Part shown: piece by piece, positions 1 to 11,399 of the stretch
Numbering within the stretch: position 1 is the stretch's first letter
Layout: every line of letters starts with the position of its first letter
Source: Dicyema japonicum
Lineage: Eukaryota; Animalia; Dicyemida
Assembly: GCA_011109175.1 (NCBI GenBank)
Contig: RDEW01000102.1
Coordinates: 1 to 35,624, forward strand
Direction of reading: 5' to 3'
Length of the DNA stretch: 35,624 nucleotides
Notes under the pieces: generated by a model
Told to the model about the DNA's origin: nothing
Databases searched by the model: none
Seen by the model: only the letters and a program-made list of their open reading frames with translations
Program-made: the position numbers and the translations under genes

Positions 1-1915
1 ACGAATGAATGACTACGCCGTTTGAATCGTCTTGTGTCGAAGAGGATTATTCCACTCAGTATCCCAAGGTCGGTACGTCTAACAGCTGCTTCCTGTCTTT
101 TAAAGCTAATCACCAGGGCAGTCGATGACAATACTCACATCCGATTGAACTGAAGAAGGGAACCTTAATTCAATCATCAAGATAAATGTTTCTAAATACG
201 AAAAATTTAATTTGGCGACTGAACTGGAAAGTCATTCGATTGCTGATCATCCACCCTCATTGTCCAGGATCAAGAAAGACAGTTTGGACATACGCAAAGA
301 TGTGAATAAGAAAGTCATGATCGGAGACATCGGAGTGTCCCGCGTACGCTCTTCAGCAATGACAAGGTTCTTTCACCAACTAAGAAAAACCCTTGAGCTC
401 ATCACCTAAAAACATCCACTCGCCTCGTCGGATCTACGGGAGACTGAAATTGGGAAGGATACCCCACAACCACCACAGATAATACACGATCTGCTATCTC
501 TTCTGTCCCAGGAATCAGCACTGCTGGTTTGGACGACCTACGTCCGAGCCACATGAAAGATCTTATTTCTTCCACAACCGCCGAAATGGGGAACTCCCTC
601 ATTAACTCAATAAAGACCCTCACAGACTGCATTCTTCGGACCGATATCTCCGACTATGCCAGAGGACTCCTTTTGCTTCAAGATTGATTGCCTTCAGAAT
701 GCCTTGTGGTGGGTTAAGTAAAACCCATCGCTATAGGCAGCGTATTCAGGCGCCTGACGGCGAAGATTGCTGCCAGAGCAGTGAGCAAGACTTTGAGTCC
801 CCAACTGTTCCCTACTCAACTGGGAGTTGGAATTCCTCATGGATGCGAGGCAGTAATACACTCAATCAGGAACTTTACTACCAGTCCACCAGACACTACG
901 AATGCTATAATAGTCAAACTGGACATTCGCAATGTATTCAATAGCATTCGCAGAGACAGAATCATAGAAGCTAGCATCTCCAGGATCGTGAAACTTGCAT
1001 ACGGCTCCCCATGTACCTTGATATTAGGGCAACACATCATCGAATCCAAGACCGGAGTTCAACAAGGTGACCTTTTTGGCTCCCTTCTCTCCGCCTTGGG
1101 TATCGACTGTGCAGCATCGACGATGCGAACTCCATTAAGCCTATGGTACCTGGACTACGGGACCGTCGGAGGTAATTGGGAACTTGTGTTGACGGAAGTC
1201 GAGTTTACCATCTCTGCTCTTGCGGCACTAGGGTTGGAACCGAACCCGTATAAATGTGAAATTATAAACGTTGCTTGCTGATAGGAAGACTTCTACCGTG
1301 CAGTGGCTGCTATTTCTGTCCACCTGTCTCGGTTACCAAACTGAAAATGCAATTTTTCTCGGCTCTTCCCTACACTGCAAAAATGTGTTAGCTCTCCTGA
1401 AGGAAAAAAATACATCACTCCAACAATTTGGACGCTGAAACAGTGGTATGTATGGCTCAGGAAGTCTGGATGCGACTGTGTGTGGATTCTTGAAGAACGC
1501 TAATAAACACGAGAATGGGACAAGCTTTTATGCTCAAAGATCATAGAAGAGATAAAACCTGTGTTTGATTAGCATCGTCTTGCTTGTCTGGCTTCTGCAT
1601 CGACGAATAAGAGTTGATCCTGGCTCAGAGCATTACCATGTACCTTACTTGTGACACTACTGGATGACGACGCGACGAGGATTGGGGTTTTTGTCCTCCT
1701 CGGAATGAATGTTTGCACTATCCATCGGTGTAGATGTGGAGGGATGGTCGACGCGAAAGGTCTTCACGCTCTCTCCTGCCGGAGGAGTGCTGGAAGAAGT
1801 TATAGACACGCGCAATCAATAAAGTCATTGCTTAGGGACTCGAAACTGTCGGATTTCCTGTCCAATTGGAGCCACTTGGACTTGCTACAGCCAATTAAAG
1901 AGCGGACGGAATTGA
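1..1915 (+). mobile_element. Decayed CRE-clade non-LTR retrotransposon (RT, CCHC knuckle, start of RLE); begins before the window, interrupted at ~1915
   Basis: Frameshifted translation gives CRE-type motifs in order: GDIG..SSNDKVLSPT, AGLDDLRPSHMKDL, KPIAIGSVFRRLTAK, QLGVGIPHGCEAVIH, KLDIRNVFNSIRRD, GVQQGDLFG, WYLDYG, CRCGGMVDAKGLHALSCRRSAGRSYRH, LEPLGL..RADG. Confidence 0.85.
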
Positions 1916-1921
1916 TCTCTA

Positions 1922-2590
1922 AACGAGAATAAACTGAAAACTCATTCAGTGCAATCCATTGTAATGAATGACTCAGTTGAAATCAGAGTTGACACTTATA
2001 TTAAAACGGACATAATTATTGAGCATAACATGTCAGACTTGTTCGTTTTTGATAAAAGGAGAAACAAAATTATCTTGGTCGAAGTGGGAATAACATATTC
2101 CCAAAATCTACAGCAGATAGAATGCGAAAAGCTGAGGAAGTATGATTTTTTTCCAAAGAGCTGGAGTTGATACACCAAGCGGAGGTCAAGATTGTCTCGA
2201 TTGTACTCACTTGGAATAGCCTAGTGACTTCACATTCGTTCAAGTATGCCAGATCTTTAAATATAGATGAAAGAGCGTATGCGTATGTTGAATCGGTTGT
2301 AATCAAGAAGACTCGGAAGAGTATGATTATTTAGGAACGAAGTCGACATTTCGCGGTGTTATGATAAACTTAACGAAGGAATAAAGGATATTTACTCTCA
2401 GTCTGATTATGAAGAAATTCAAGAGAAGAGTGTGAGCGAAGTGATGTCAATATATATTGAGGAAAAGGAAAAGGACTGTGACAATTGGTTTACTCCATAG
2501 TTGCTCGAAGAGGAAAAGAATTGGATAGAGAAAATTTTAATTAGAATTAACCTTTTAAGATAGTAAAATAATAATTTGTTTAAAAAAAAA
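1922..2590 (+). mobile_element. 3' fragment of R2/R4/NeSL-type RLE retrotransposon (PD-(D/E)xK endonuclease) with A-rich tail
   Basis: THSVQSIVMNDSVEIRVDTYIKTDI..NMSDLFVFDKRRNKIILVEVGIT..EKLRKYD, then IVSIVLTWNSLVT and YVESVVIKKT; A9 run at 2582-2590. Confidence 0.8.
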
Positions 2591-2739
2591 CTTTTTTGTA
2601 TTTCGTATCATGATTTTTTCTATTCAATGTTGTTTCTTTATTTTATTAAGGCATTTTTAAGAATTTTTGTTGATTGTTCTTCAAATTATTGATTTTATTT
2701 TTTTCAAATTAGTCTTGCGCGAACTCGGAGGAATGCTTG

Positions 2740-3370
2740 CATAAAAGTAAAGGGATCAACGAGAAGGGCTATGGCTGAGATAACTTTCATGAGGGTCGGA
2801 GGGGATATGTTAGTTTTAGAGAGTCATGATCGGCCACTCGTATCCCTCAGCCGTCATCAATCAGTTAATCTCCATATTATGCTCTCTTTCAAAGATCATG
2901 ACAAATTTTTTCTTGAAATAGTCTATAGGAGTATGTTTTTAACGCGAATTTTGAGCCAATTACACCCTAAACTCATATTTGGTCCCTTACGCAAGGATTC
3001 AATGCAATGAGAGTACACCAGCAATCGGTTCTGGTATAAGTCAATGTAAACAAGGTATTCTATTCGGTACCAAGAAAAATTTTTTCGAAACGAATTTTGG
3101 TCGAATTTTGGTCATTTACACGAGTATCCAACAATAGTATTTCGAATTCCTGAACGGAAGACGATAATGACAATCCCAAAAGATTTTAATGCAATTTCAA
3201 AGGCTTTAGAGATTTCTAAGCATATCAAACTGTCTTCGAGTATCACTGGCTTTTATAATCTTTGATTTAAATAGAAGAAACATTCAAATATGATTTTTCT
3301 GAACAGAACCCTAGTTTTTTGGCATTAGGCAATTTCTACCATTGCTTACTTACACAATTATTTAACATAG
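2740..3370 (+). pseudogene. Heavily decayed APE-type LINE reverse-transcriptase fragment
   Basis: Degenerate RT motifs in expected order: QGFNAMR, VNVNKVFYSVPRK (cf. D..KAFDSV), ALEISKHIKLSSSITGFYNL (cf. GV.QG..LSP.LFN), LTYT (cf. YADD). Confidence 0.4.
2773..2902 (+). ncRNA. Candidate HDV-like (delta-like) self-cleaving ribozyme
   Basis: P1 GGCTGAG 2773-2779/CTCAGCC 2846-2852; P2 GTCATGATC 2823-2831/GATCATGAC 2894-2902; P3 GGC/TCC around 8-nt L3 CACTCGTA; P1.1 AC 2836-2837/GT 2853-2854; CAAA directly before P2 3' strand. P4 weak; overlaps an RT-like frame. Confidence 0.45.
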
Positions 3371-4149
3371 TACGTATAGAGACTAATATGTATGTAACTT
3401 GTAATCTCATCGGTTTTCGGTTTTGCATCATCCATATAACATTTTTCATAGACTACGGATATGACAAAGTCTGAGGGACATGACCAAGTCTTATAAACAT
3501 CGTAAAACACCAAACAAAATATTCATTCCCGTAAACACCAACAAAAGCATGATGGATATGTTACCAAACATATTATCTTGCATTGAGTCTTCATCACTAA
3601 ATGAGTATCAACGTTATCCAGTATAAATAGTCTTATTCCGAGTACTTTATCTTATTATCCGAATCTCTCTTTTTATCATCAGGGATTAAACTACCCGGGT
3701 CACCATTCTGTATACTTAAAGTTTGTTTCTGTACTTCTTCGCCCTACATACGCTTCCATCCAACTTATTTACAAATATTTTTTCGGCATCCGTCTTAGAC
3801 ACATGCAATTTCGATAATTATGGCAAAAGGGGATTATATTTATTTTCTTTCATTCCGTTTCATCCAGCCATAATTCTTCTCCATCATCAAAATTCTTTCG
3901 GGCATGACCTCTTCATTTATTGTCGAGAAAGAAAGATATTTGTAATTCCCTGATTGCATTATTGAAAACTCTTTAAGACAATCAAGGTTATTCGTCATGA
4001 ATAGCCGTTTTAGAGAATTTTATCAAATAATCTCCGAGGTAGAAACTTTCTCACGTATCTTCGTTTCCCCCTAGCAAAGATTTTGACCAACTCTATTCTA
4101 TCAAGATGATTTGTACAATTTCAGTTAAAAGACACTTTCGAGGGTTTTC

Positions 4150-4800
4150 TGAGCACATTTATCAGAATATGCGTAGATATTTTTGTCCACTTAACTGTTT
4201 CAAGTACCCAACGCGGATTTTGGTAACTATACAATATCATCACACAGGGATAATATGGATTTAAATCTTCAAATCGTACTTCAATGTTTTTTTCCACTGT
4301 TAGCAAACCTTCTTTGTACGTAACGCCCACTTGTACGATAATTATGTCCCCTGATAGCTTATAAAGCAAAATATCTAGCTTATTGATTTTTATAGTAACT
4401 GAAGTTCTAATTAAAATGTCCACCTTTGTCAAAACTTTTGTATTCTTTACTTTATGATTCCGTAACTTTATACCTGCGGAACCACTGTAGGTGGATAGAT
4501 TTCACAATTCCAGAGGTCGCATTAACATCAACGTGAAAGTTCTTAAGGGAATCAGAGTCGACTACAAATGTTTTTTAAGCTGATAGTTTGACCAACTTAT
4601 TCGCATTAATACTCTCCTTTGGGTCAAGCTAATATGTTAAAGTGGGTTTATTTTAACTCCCCAATATTTCCATCTTCTAAGATGATACTGCATTAAACTG
4701 TTTGACTGTGTGAGAAGGTTGGTCGACAACTGTCAAAATCATGTCCTCATATTTGTAGTCCTCTCACAAAAGATAATCTTGTTTATTGTCGTCGCACTCG
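4150..4800 (-). mobile_element. Second R2/R4/NeSL-type RLE retrotransposon fragment
   Basis: Minus strand: GIVKSIHLQWFRRY, then KVDILIRTSVTIKINKLDILLY..IIIVQVGVTY..LLTVEK, homologous to the RLE segment at 1949-2170. Confidence 0.65.
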
Positions 4801-5092
4801 TGAGATTATTAAATAATGTAACATTGTATTCCTTAGGATTCTTCGAGTTCAAACAAGCAATTGGACCGTGTGGAGAGGTCTCTTAGAAAGATGATCAATT
4901 TTATTCTTTTAAGGTCATCGATGTGATTCACATCATATTTCATCTTGATATGCTAATTTGATGTGAATTTCATATTTTATTTTGATAATTCCACTATTTT
5001 TAGCAATTTTTCCATTTAATAAGTTTTCTGTTTAATAAAGAAAGCAGACAAATTTGTGACCAATCAACTGTAAGATTACACTTTATTTTGCA

Positions 5093-5311
5093 ATATAAAT
5101 AAATTTGGCTTCAGACCCCAAGAGACAGAGAACATTCCTTCCACGATGACGATTTTATGTCGCTGGGAGAACAATCTCTGTTTATTTAAATTATTTTGAT
5201 AATATAAGTTGCAGAATGGAGATATAATGGGCATCTCTTGAGTAGGTGGATCCGATAACGCCACTAGAAGGAAGAGAAATCTCAATCAAGTGGCCACATG
5301 ACACCACGTGG
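5093..5311 (-). mobile_element. Pseudoknot-head short element, copy D (head lacks P4/J4-2), with upstream foldback end motif
   Basis: Minus: GGCGTT ATCG GATCC ACCTACTCAAGA GATGCC CA (5262 downward); upstream CACGTGGTGTCATGTGG (5293-5309); tail TCTCTTGGGGTCT..AAATTTATTT. Confidence 0.5.
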
Positions 5312-5926
5312 TCAAATAAGAAATATATGAGATAATTTTTCAGTGTCAATTGGCATCGCATTCTTTAGAACTATTTTCAAATGACTCATCCAGGTCAGAT
5401 AATGCAATAACGTCGAACTATAAGTGCCGAAACTAACTTAAATTACGATTTTCCCAGCGCCGATGACTCTAAAGATTGAATAGGCTGTTTCCCAAAAAAT
5501 TGAATCATCTATAATTTCTGAATGTCAAAAAAGTAAGAATTCAAAGATCTCTGTTGAAGAAATCATACAATCAATCAATAATCATGGTTTCACAGATTAA
5601 TCAGAGGAAATAAGTCCCTTTCGGAGATCAATCGAATGTCTGAAAGACGAAGTGGGAGATTTTAGAAAGATTTGTGTCCTGAAAACGAAATCAATAATGA
5701 CTCTTCTAAATTTTCATCCAAACTTCCAGAAAAATCTATTTATATTTTACCCGTGGATTTAACACTAAGAAATAAAGACTTGAAATAATTACGAATATAA
5801 GATTATGCAAAAAAATGGCGAATTAAGCGAACAAGTCACTAATTTGTATGTTCACCTGAATGTGAGAGGGAAACCATAATCATATTTGAAGGAAAGGAAG
5901 AAATCAATTTTTGATAAGTCACATAC

Positions 5927-6140
5927 TATTTAATAAATAACAGCCTTTTCACGATAGCCATAATATTTATAGCTCCGCATAGGCATGACACACACTTTAT
6001 TTAAGTAAAGAACAGTTAATTTTAACTAATCGTAGAACCAAGGAATTATCGGGCTATAGTCGGGCTAAAATGGCTTAGGTCATGGGTTCGATTCTCGCTG
6101 CTGTTCACCTGGTTTGAAGGTTTTTACGCATCGTAGATGC
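5927..6140. mobile_element. tRNA-derived SINE copy with inverted 5' segment
   Basis: 5927-6050 is the family 3' half on the minus strand; 6051-6140 is the head/B-box part (GGTTCGATTC 6085-6094) on the plus strand. Confidence 0.7.
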
Positions 6141-6829
6141 AACGAGGTTTTGAAAATTTTCAACTAGGTTATCCTCAAATCTGAAAAAAATCGCATTCCA
6201 AAAAGGCCTTATTAAAGACTACAATCCCAACTTCCCTAAGGAATTATTGAAATTATCAAACAAGCGTCCGACCACAGAAATCAGGAATCTTTGTTGAAGT
6301 ACTATCAAACCCAGACAGTGAAATCACCTATTTGGTCAACAAGAGGAAATCGGAAGATGGAACAATTTCATTTCAAAAATTAACTATCGTACAAAACCAA
6401 AGATTACTGAGAGATCTACGTGATATTCAGTATGGACGCAAAATACACCTCTACCATTGACAGAATCTGATTTCGCCCATCATTACAGATATCATAATGA
6501 ATCACCACGAAAAATGAGTCAAATCAATATGAACAAAGTGAGACATCCCCATTAACCTGGCTCATCTACAGAGTGGATACCACTTTCTTCTGAACTAAGT
6601 ACGTAAGCTAAATGATACAAAAGATGTCCTCTTTTCGTTTAGAACCTCTCCGAGTTGTCGTCAAATCAACTTTTTGATTGTCTCGAACTTGTACGTTGTC
6701 GGCCTACCACGCCAAAGTTAATATATGAGTAACCGGCTTTTTGCTGGCGTCCTAGTTAATACCAACTGGTCACGTACCAGTTAGTTAGGTCGAAGTAACT
6801 TAACTTACCAACTAACTAATTGATGCCTT

Positions 6830-8260
6830 AGGATTTATTCAGACATCCCAGCCTCTTAGAAATTGAAGTAATTTCACGCTTTTTCCTTCAGTTTTCTAAA
6901 CCACTACAGCTCGGAACGTGGACCAGTTTAGAAGCCCTTATTACCTAGTCCATCTACTGCACTTTAAAGGATGTTAAAAGGACAAAGGGAGTCGATGCAC
7001 GTAGCGTCAAATAAAAATAGTTTCCCTTGCTCGAACGGAAAGATTACAATTCTGTCCGGTCGTTTCCCGTCTCCCTTTTCCAGACAGACCGGTTGTTGGA
7101 TAGAGGGGTGTCTAACAAACTCCTGAGCATGCTTCACAATTCCGTTGATCGTCTTATATCTTGGGAACTTCTTGCGTTCTTCACCAAGAAAGAGCATTAT
7201 GTCCATAACAGTCGACAGTGTCATGAGTCTAGCAAATCTCTGATAGAGACATCGATGCGGACTGTATTGTCTTCAACACTTTTAAGTGCTCACTCCCCTG
7301 GCATCTTCAAGTAGCCAGACAGGCATGTCGCTGTTGATTTTATTGTTTCCATAGCTTCTCATATTTATTTTCGCAAATGGATGTGCAAAAATCTATCTGC
7401 TTCCGGTGGCCTGACTTCCAGATGTTCCAATCTCTGTGATCTCTGATGATTCTGTTGGGATTCGAAGAATCATCGTTATCAAATGGGATTCAAAAATAAT
7501 AAATATGCAGACCACGCTAAATCCGTGGGGGAGTGGATTCCTACATCGTCGAGACAAACGTGTAAGGTTGCTTGGCTCTATCATTGTTTGCCAAAGTAAA
7601 CGTTCATGAAACGTTTGGTAGTGGATAGGTAAAGGGAGTAGATTGTTTCGAGCCCTTACATTTTCATGAAACAAGACACCCAAGAAAGTAGTTTCAATTT
7701 TTCTTTAAAGCGATTCTCAGCAAAAAAGGGAGGTATTTGCGTATATCATCTCCATACGTGTTAATATCGTTTTTAGTTGTTCTATCGTATTGAAAAGGTC
7801 CTGTAAATGGGCATACAGGTATTTCTAGTTGACGTGCTATGGTTTTTGTGGGCTTCATAATGATTTCTCTGAACATGGAAAAAATCGATTCCATTCAGTC
7901 CACGAAAATCCAAAATTGGTGACTTTAATTTCTCAGACAATGCGACATATTTTTAGGTTGGCCGCCCATAGTGCAATTATTAAGTAAAGACGTTCAAAAG
8001 TGTAGAAAAATATCTTATGACATGCACTATTCTGAGACTAAACAGAGCAGGGTCTTGTGAATCTTCTTGTTGGCTTCCAGAATACGAGAAAATTAAATAT
8101 TACTAGTTTTCCATAGGATCTACGTAAAAAGATCAATATTAAGGGCATTGTGCACAGAAATTTTCCAAAATTTCATTAGGGAGTATGGCCTTGAAGGCGT
8201 GTTTAATTTAGACACTAAAATTTACCCTAGTGGTCCGGCCCAGATGTCAGACTCACAATA
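6830..8260 (-). mobile_element. Decayed CRE-clade retrotransposon (RT C-terminal half and RLE)
   Basis: Minus: AFKAILPNEILE, GSQQEDSQDPALFSL (cf. GVQQGDPLGPLLFSL), PVCLEKGDGKRPDRIVIFPFEQGKLFLFDATCIDS; 7300-7460 aligns with CRE copy 12350-12500. Confidence 0.75.
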
Positions 8261-8315
8261 AATCGGGTTGTATTTATAATTGATATTATGTGCTTAATTC
8301 CTGCATGCCAAAGTG

Positions 8316-8452
8316 GAAAAAGAAGTGAAGAGCATTCCTTAATTCTCCCTCTACGATTAGTTACAATAACTGTTCTTTACTTAATAAAGTATGTGTTCTA
8401 CACGTGCCAAACTCTAGGCATCTTACGTGCTTATGGCAACGCGATAGTGCTT
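8316..8452 (+). mobile_element. tRNA-SINE family, 5'-truncated 3' half
   Basis: GAAGAGCATTCCTT..CTACGATTAGTTACAATAACTGTTCTTTACTTAATAAAGTATGTG matches 21636-21768 and the reverse complement of 5927-6050. Confidence 0.6.
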
Positions 8453-8502
8453 TAAAAATTCAAAAATAGCCATCCTTTTAATAAATTGAAACAAACATTT
8501 AT

Positions 8503-8770
8503 CGCGTGGTGCCATTTGGTGCTACGTCGATAGTTTGTCATTGATTCTACGTGGATAGTTTGTCAAAATTATTTTTCTTCATTCCGATGGCGTCATCGGA
8601 TCCAACTTATTGAGAAGGCGCCCAATGCCTGGCCGGCATCAAGAGGATCCAACAATTCTTCTCCGGGGACAACGTCGCTACCTGGTGACAAGTTCTGGAA
8701 TGCTGGAACAGTCAGGATCGAGGAGTTAGTAGTTAGTTTGATTACCCTTGGTCTTTGGAAATAATTTTAT
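8503..8770 (+). mobile_element. Pseudoknot-head short element, copy A, with upstream foldback end motif
   Basis: Motif CGCGTGGTGCCATTTGGTGCTA 8503-8524; head GGCGTC ATCG GATCC AACTTATTGAGAA GGCGCC CA ATGCC TGGCC GGCAT CAAGA GGATCC 8589-8650; body/tail similar to the reverse complement of 16146-16270. Confidence 0.65.
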
Positions 8771-9139
8771 TTTTTTTGATTTTAATCGATGAAATAAACA
8801 AAAAGTCATACAGCGGCGGCCTTGACTTGGCTATTCATTCTCAGGATTTATTTAGAACCCGGGATCACCGAAAAAGAAAGACAGAAAAAAAACTTATTAA
8901 AAAAATAAAATTCAAGCGCCTCCCTAATATGTTTAGAGCGCCCCCGTTAAGACAGTGGTCTATCCGGTGCTTATTAGTTACAGTTCACGGCTTATGTGCT
9001 GATGATATTCTTTACTTAAATAATTCAAATCATAATTTAACATAAAAATAAGATAAATAGAATTAAAAAAAATAACAACAAAAGTCAAAAGACGAAATGA
9101 TCATTCTAATTAACATTCACAACAAACAGTACCATTCGA

Positions 9140-9468
9140 TTTTTCCGGCATATCCTGCTTTTTCGAACCATTTTCAGTCTTAGTTCTAAAGATCACAAAC
9201 ATGTAGTGTGCTCAGCCATCGTAGTCTGATTTTGCATCTCAATGACCAGATTCTGCTAATACTTATTCACAGCCTCATAATAAGCCATCATTTCTGCTTC
9301 AATCAGTAACTAGACAAACCATGATATACATTCGACGAATCTGGCGCCAAAATCCCCGGGATCGTCATAGACTTGTAAAGTCCTCTAAGAATTCATATTA
9401 AGAGTACATATCAGTTGTGTGATACTTCTAATCTGGTCGACTGCGTCAGACACGGAAGGTGGAAGAGG
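9140..9468 (-). pseudogene. Unassigned decayed coding-like frame (~110 codons, 4 in-frame stops)
   Basis: PLPPSVSDAVDQIRSITQLICTLNMNS*RTLQVYDDPGDFGARFVECISWFV*LLIEAEMMAYYEAVNKY*...; no family recognised. Confidence 0.2.
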
Positions 9469-9888
9469 CTAAAATTAGCAACTACATGTACAGTTTTTAA
9501 TCAAAATTGAAACCATGAAACCAATTTATTAAACAGGAATTAAGGAGTTAGTTTAAGGGGTATTTAAACGTGTCCGCCTATGCGGCTTGGACACTTTCGA
9601 TACACCCCGTCTCCATTTTAACCTCGTCCTAGTGTTGGATCCCATAAATCCTGCCCTTATACCCAAAGCGTAGTAAATACAAAGCTAGTTGGCCCATCCC
9701 CAGTTAGATCTTCCTTAGTAGGTCCATTCCCCAGTATGTTTTTTCCGCAGTAGTCCCAAGCCGCCTTCTAGGGACCAATGATGTGGTTAACAAAGTCTTG
9801 CGTAAAACCCAATTCGAATGTATGGAACATTTGGTATAAGTCGACTTGTGATATGTTTCTCTACCATGTAATGGGTTCCTTCGTTTGT

Positions 9889-9950
9889 AATATGTTTATT
9901 CGTCTTAAAAAAATAATTTAATATGTTTATTCGTCTTAAAAAAATAATTT
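9889..9950. repeat. Perfect 31-bp tandem duplication
   Basis: AATATGTTTATTCGTCTTAAAAAAATAATTT at 9889-9919 and 9920-9950. Confidence 0.95.
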
Positions 9951-10194
9951 GAGGATGTGTGGGAGGATACTGGACGTGGCACAAGGGGAACTTAATTAAT
10001 CTAATTAATTTTTGATTTCCCGGGAGTGCTTAAAAAATAAGAGGCTGGCATTTGCTGCGTCCTATTTAATAGCCGCTTGGTCGCCTACAAGTTTGTGTGG
10101 TAGGGGTTATTTGACTAGCTCACTAACCTATCTTTTTTTATTTTCTTGCTTTATAAAAATAACTTAACAATATGGCGTGGAAGCTGATGGTTCT

Positions 10195-10300
10195 GTTTCA
10201 CTGAATCCATCTATCTCAGGACTCCCCCAGTGCCTGAGTGTGTTCTTTCTCTTTCCTACTCCAGTGGAGGGTTCCCAGTATGGCGATACGTGATGCTGAA
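10195..10300 (+). mobile_element. Degenerate pseudoknot-head short element, copy F
   Basis: GAATCC ATCTATCTCAGG ACTCCCC CA GTGCC, then CTCTTTCCTACTCCAGTGGAGGGTTCCC matching copy C body CTCTTCCCCACTCCACTGGAGGGTTTCC. Confidence 0.4.
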
Positions 10301-10849
10301 AAAGGATGCATCTTAATCTTACAAGAAAAAAATAATAAAACCTGTTTTAGATATACCCTGGGTTATTAAAAAGCTGAATAGCCTATAAAGCCAAAATTCG
10401 ATTGTTCTATACTCCTTAAGTCCTTTAGAGTGAATTGAGATCAAAACCAAGGAGCATTTTAAGAAAAGAGATAACAATTGGTGCTGAAACTGACAGGCCT
10501 CAAAGGCACAGATGAGAGTGTTGTACACTTTCATGGATCCATCAGAGTGAGTGGTGACTAGTCTAAAATTTTTTTTCAAAGGAAGATACCTAGGTCACCA
10601 TGAGTGATCTAGAAATCTGAGTTAGTTCGCACTTTGGAATATCCAAAGCGAATCGGAAAAAGGGAGCAATGTAGGTTTTTTCTAAAAGTAGCTTCGGATG
10701 GGTTATAGACTTAGGAGGTCGACAACTGGATAGTGATTTTGCGAACAGATTACACAAGTAACAATATGATCCCGAATAATATTCGATCTCTTGATATCGA
10801 GGCTGTGGTTCTTTTAGACAACATTTTTACCCTCATCATGTATGTATTC

Positions 10850-11335
10850 TTTTGTTTTTTATAATAACTGTAAAATCGGTCTTGGGTATTTCTCAAATTA
10901 GAATGCCTTCATGTTGGTCCTGTATTATTCTTGGGGGAATATATCATGAATTAGTCATCAAATGTTTTGAACTCATTAAGTTGAAAGTCAGAGACGATTG
11001 GAGACAATTTAAAAGATACACAGTCTATACTCTGTTTTGTCCTTCAGATATGGAGGAACATTATCCTGGAAATTATGGATATTTACTCTTGGTTTGACCA
11101 TAAAGAATTCTTCCTAGGCAGACTTATGGACTTTCCTCTAAATCTAGGTCAGCGGGGTTTGAACTCTGACATCGGTGTACTATATGCTTTCTTATATCTG
11201 AAAGTTTGCGTATCCGATGTCTTCTGGAACATTCAAATAGGGGGAGAGAAATTAAGTGTGATAAAACTATTTTCATTTGCGCATTAAAATCAGCCGAGAT
11301 TATATCGCATTTTCTGGCCAAAACGAATTCCATAA
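10850..11335 (-). pseudogene. Decayed LINE APE endonuclease fragment
   Basis: CDIISADFNAQ (cf. II.GDFNAH), followed after a frameshift by NSFITLN..TQTFRYKKAYST (cf. PTF....S.ID). Confidence 0.45.
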
Positions 11336-11399
11336 AATCTTGTCGATGTAGAGTTCACGTGGACTGAAAAACCGGAAAGCCAAAAGATTTTAATTTGCC

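Noticed and set aside
6051-6100. Genuine tRNA gene (also 18750-18803, 31150-31201)
   Set aside because: A/B boxes are present but I could not build a cloverleaf, and each continues into the shared SINE body.
10319-10579. RNase H domain (THSDGS)
   Set aside because: Only the first motif resembles RNase H; downstream catalytic residues are not recognisable.
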